Shown: piece by piece, positions 18,592 through 18,694 of the stretch
Layout: each line of letters starts with the position of its first letter
Numbering within the stretch: position 1 is the first letter of the stretch
Source of the DNA: Azolla caroliniana
Taxonomy: Eukaryota; Plantae; Polypodiophyta
Assembly (NCBI GenBank): GCA_043228905.1
Contig: JBHGNT010000637.1
Location: 1 to 18,694 of the forward strand
DNA length: 18,694 bases
Direction: 5' to 3'
Program-made: the position numbers and the translations under genes
The notes under the pieces: generated by a model
What the model was told of the DNA's origin: nothing
Database searches by the model: none
What the model saw: only the letters and a program-made list of their open reading frames with translations

Positions 18592-18694
18592 GTTTTTCTG
18601 CTCTAAAATCTCGAAAATCTCTTGATCTCAAACAAGCTTGTGAGATTAGAGGCAGTAGTAGTCATGTTTGCACTTTACAATTTAATAAAAATTT

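Larger units (their letters stand above)
16865..18627 (-). mobile_element. Second Ty1/Copia element (RT-RNase H, PPT, 3' LTR), antisense within ATP12 intron 3; 5'-truncated or interrupted
   Basis: On the minus strand the pol ORF is followed by PPT AAGAGGAGG (17469-17477) and an LTR TGTTGG...ATCAACA. Confidence 0.9.

Overview
Eukaryotic nuclear DNA, almost certainly a land plant; the retroelement sequences look non-seed-plant/fern-like, but that is an impression only. Bases 1-13576 are a nested LTR-retrotransposon cluster. It holds three decayed Ty3/Gypsy pol fragments (one with its PPT and 3' LTR, one followed by an extra ORF) and several solo or partial LTRs. It also holds a complete but inactivated Ty1/Copia element (7951-13372; both LTRs, tRNA-iMet PBS, PPT, TGCTT TSD), which appears to sit inside an older solo LTR. 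A 147-bp hairpin element with 60-bp TIRs, TG..CA ends and a 5-bp TSD interrupts one Gypsy integrase region and is the most unusual object here (a candidate Ginger-like MITE). From 14485 the window contains exons 1-3 of the mitochondrial F1-ATPase assembly factor gene ATP12/ATPAF2. Its last exon lies beyond the window, and intron 3 carries an antisense Copia RT/RNase H region plus 3' LTR. No rRNA, tRNA or CRISPR features were seen. All coordinates were read by eye.
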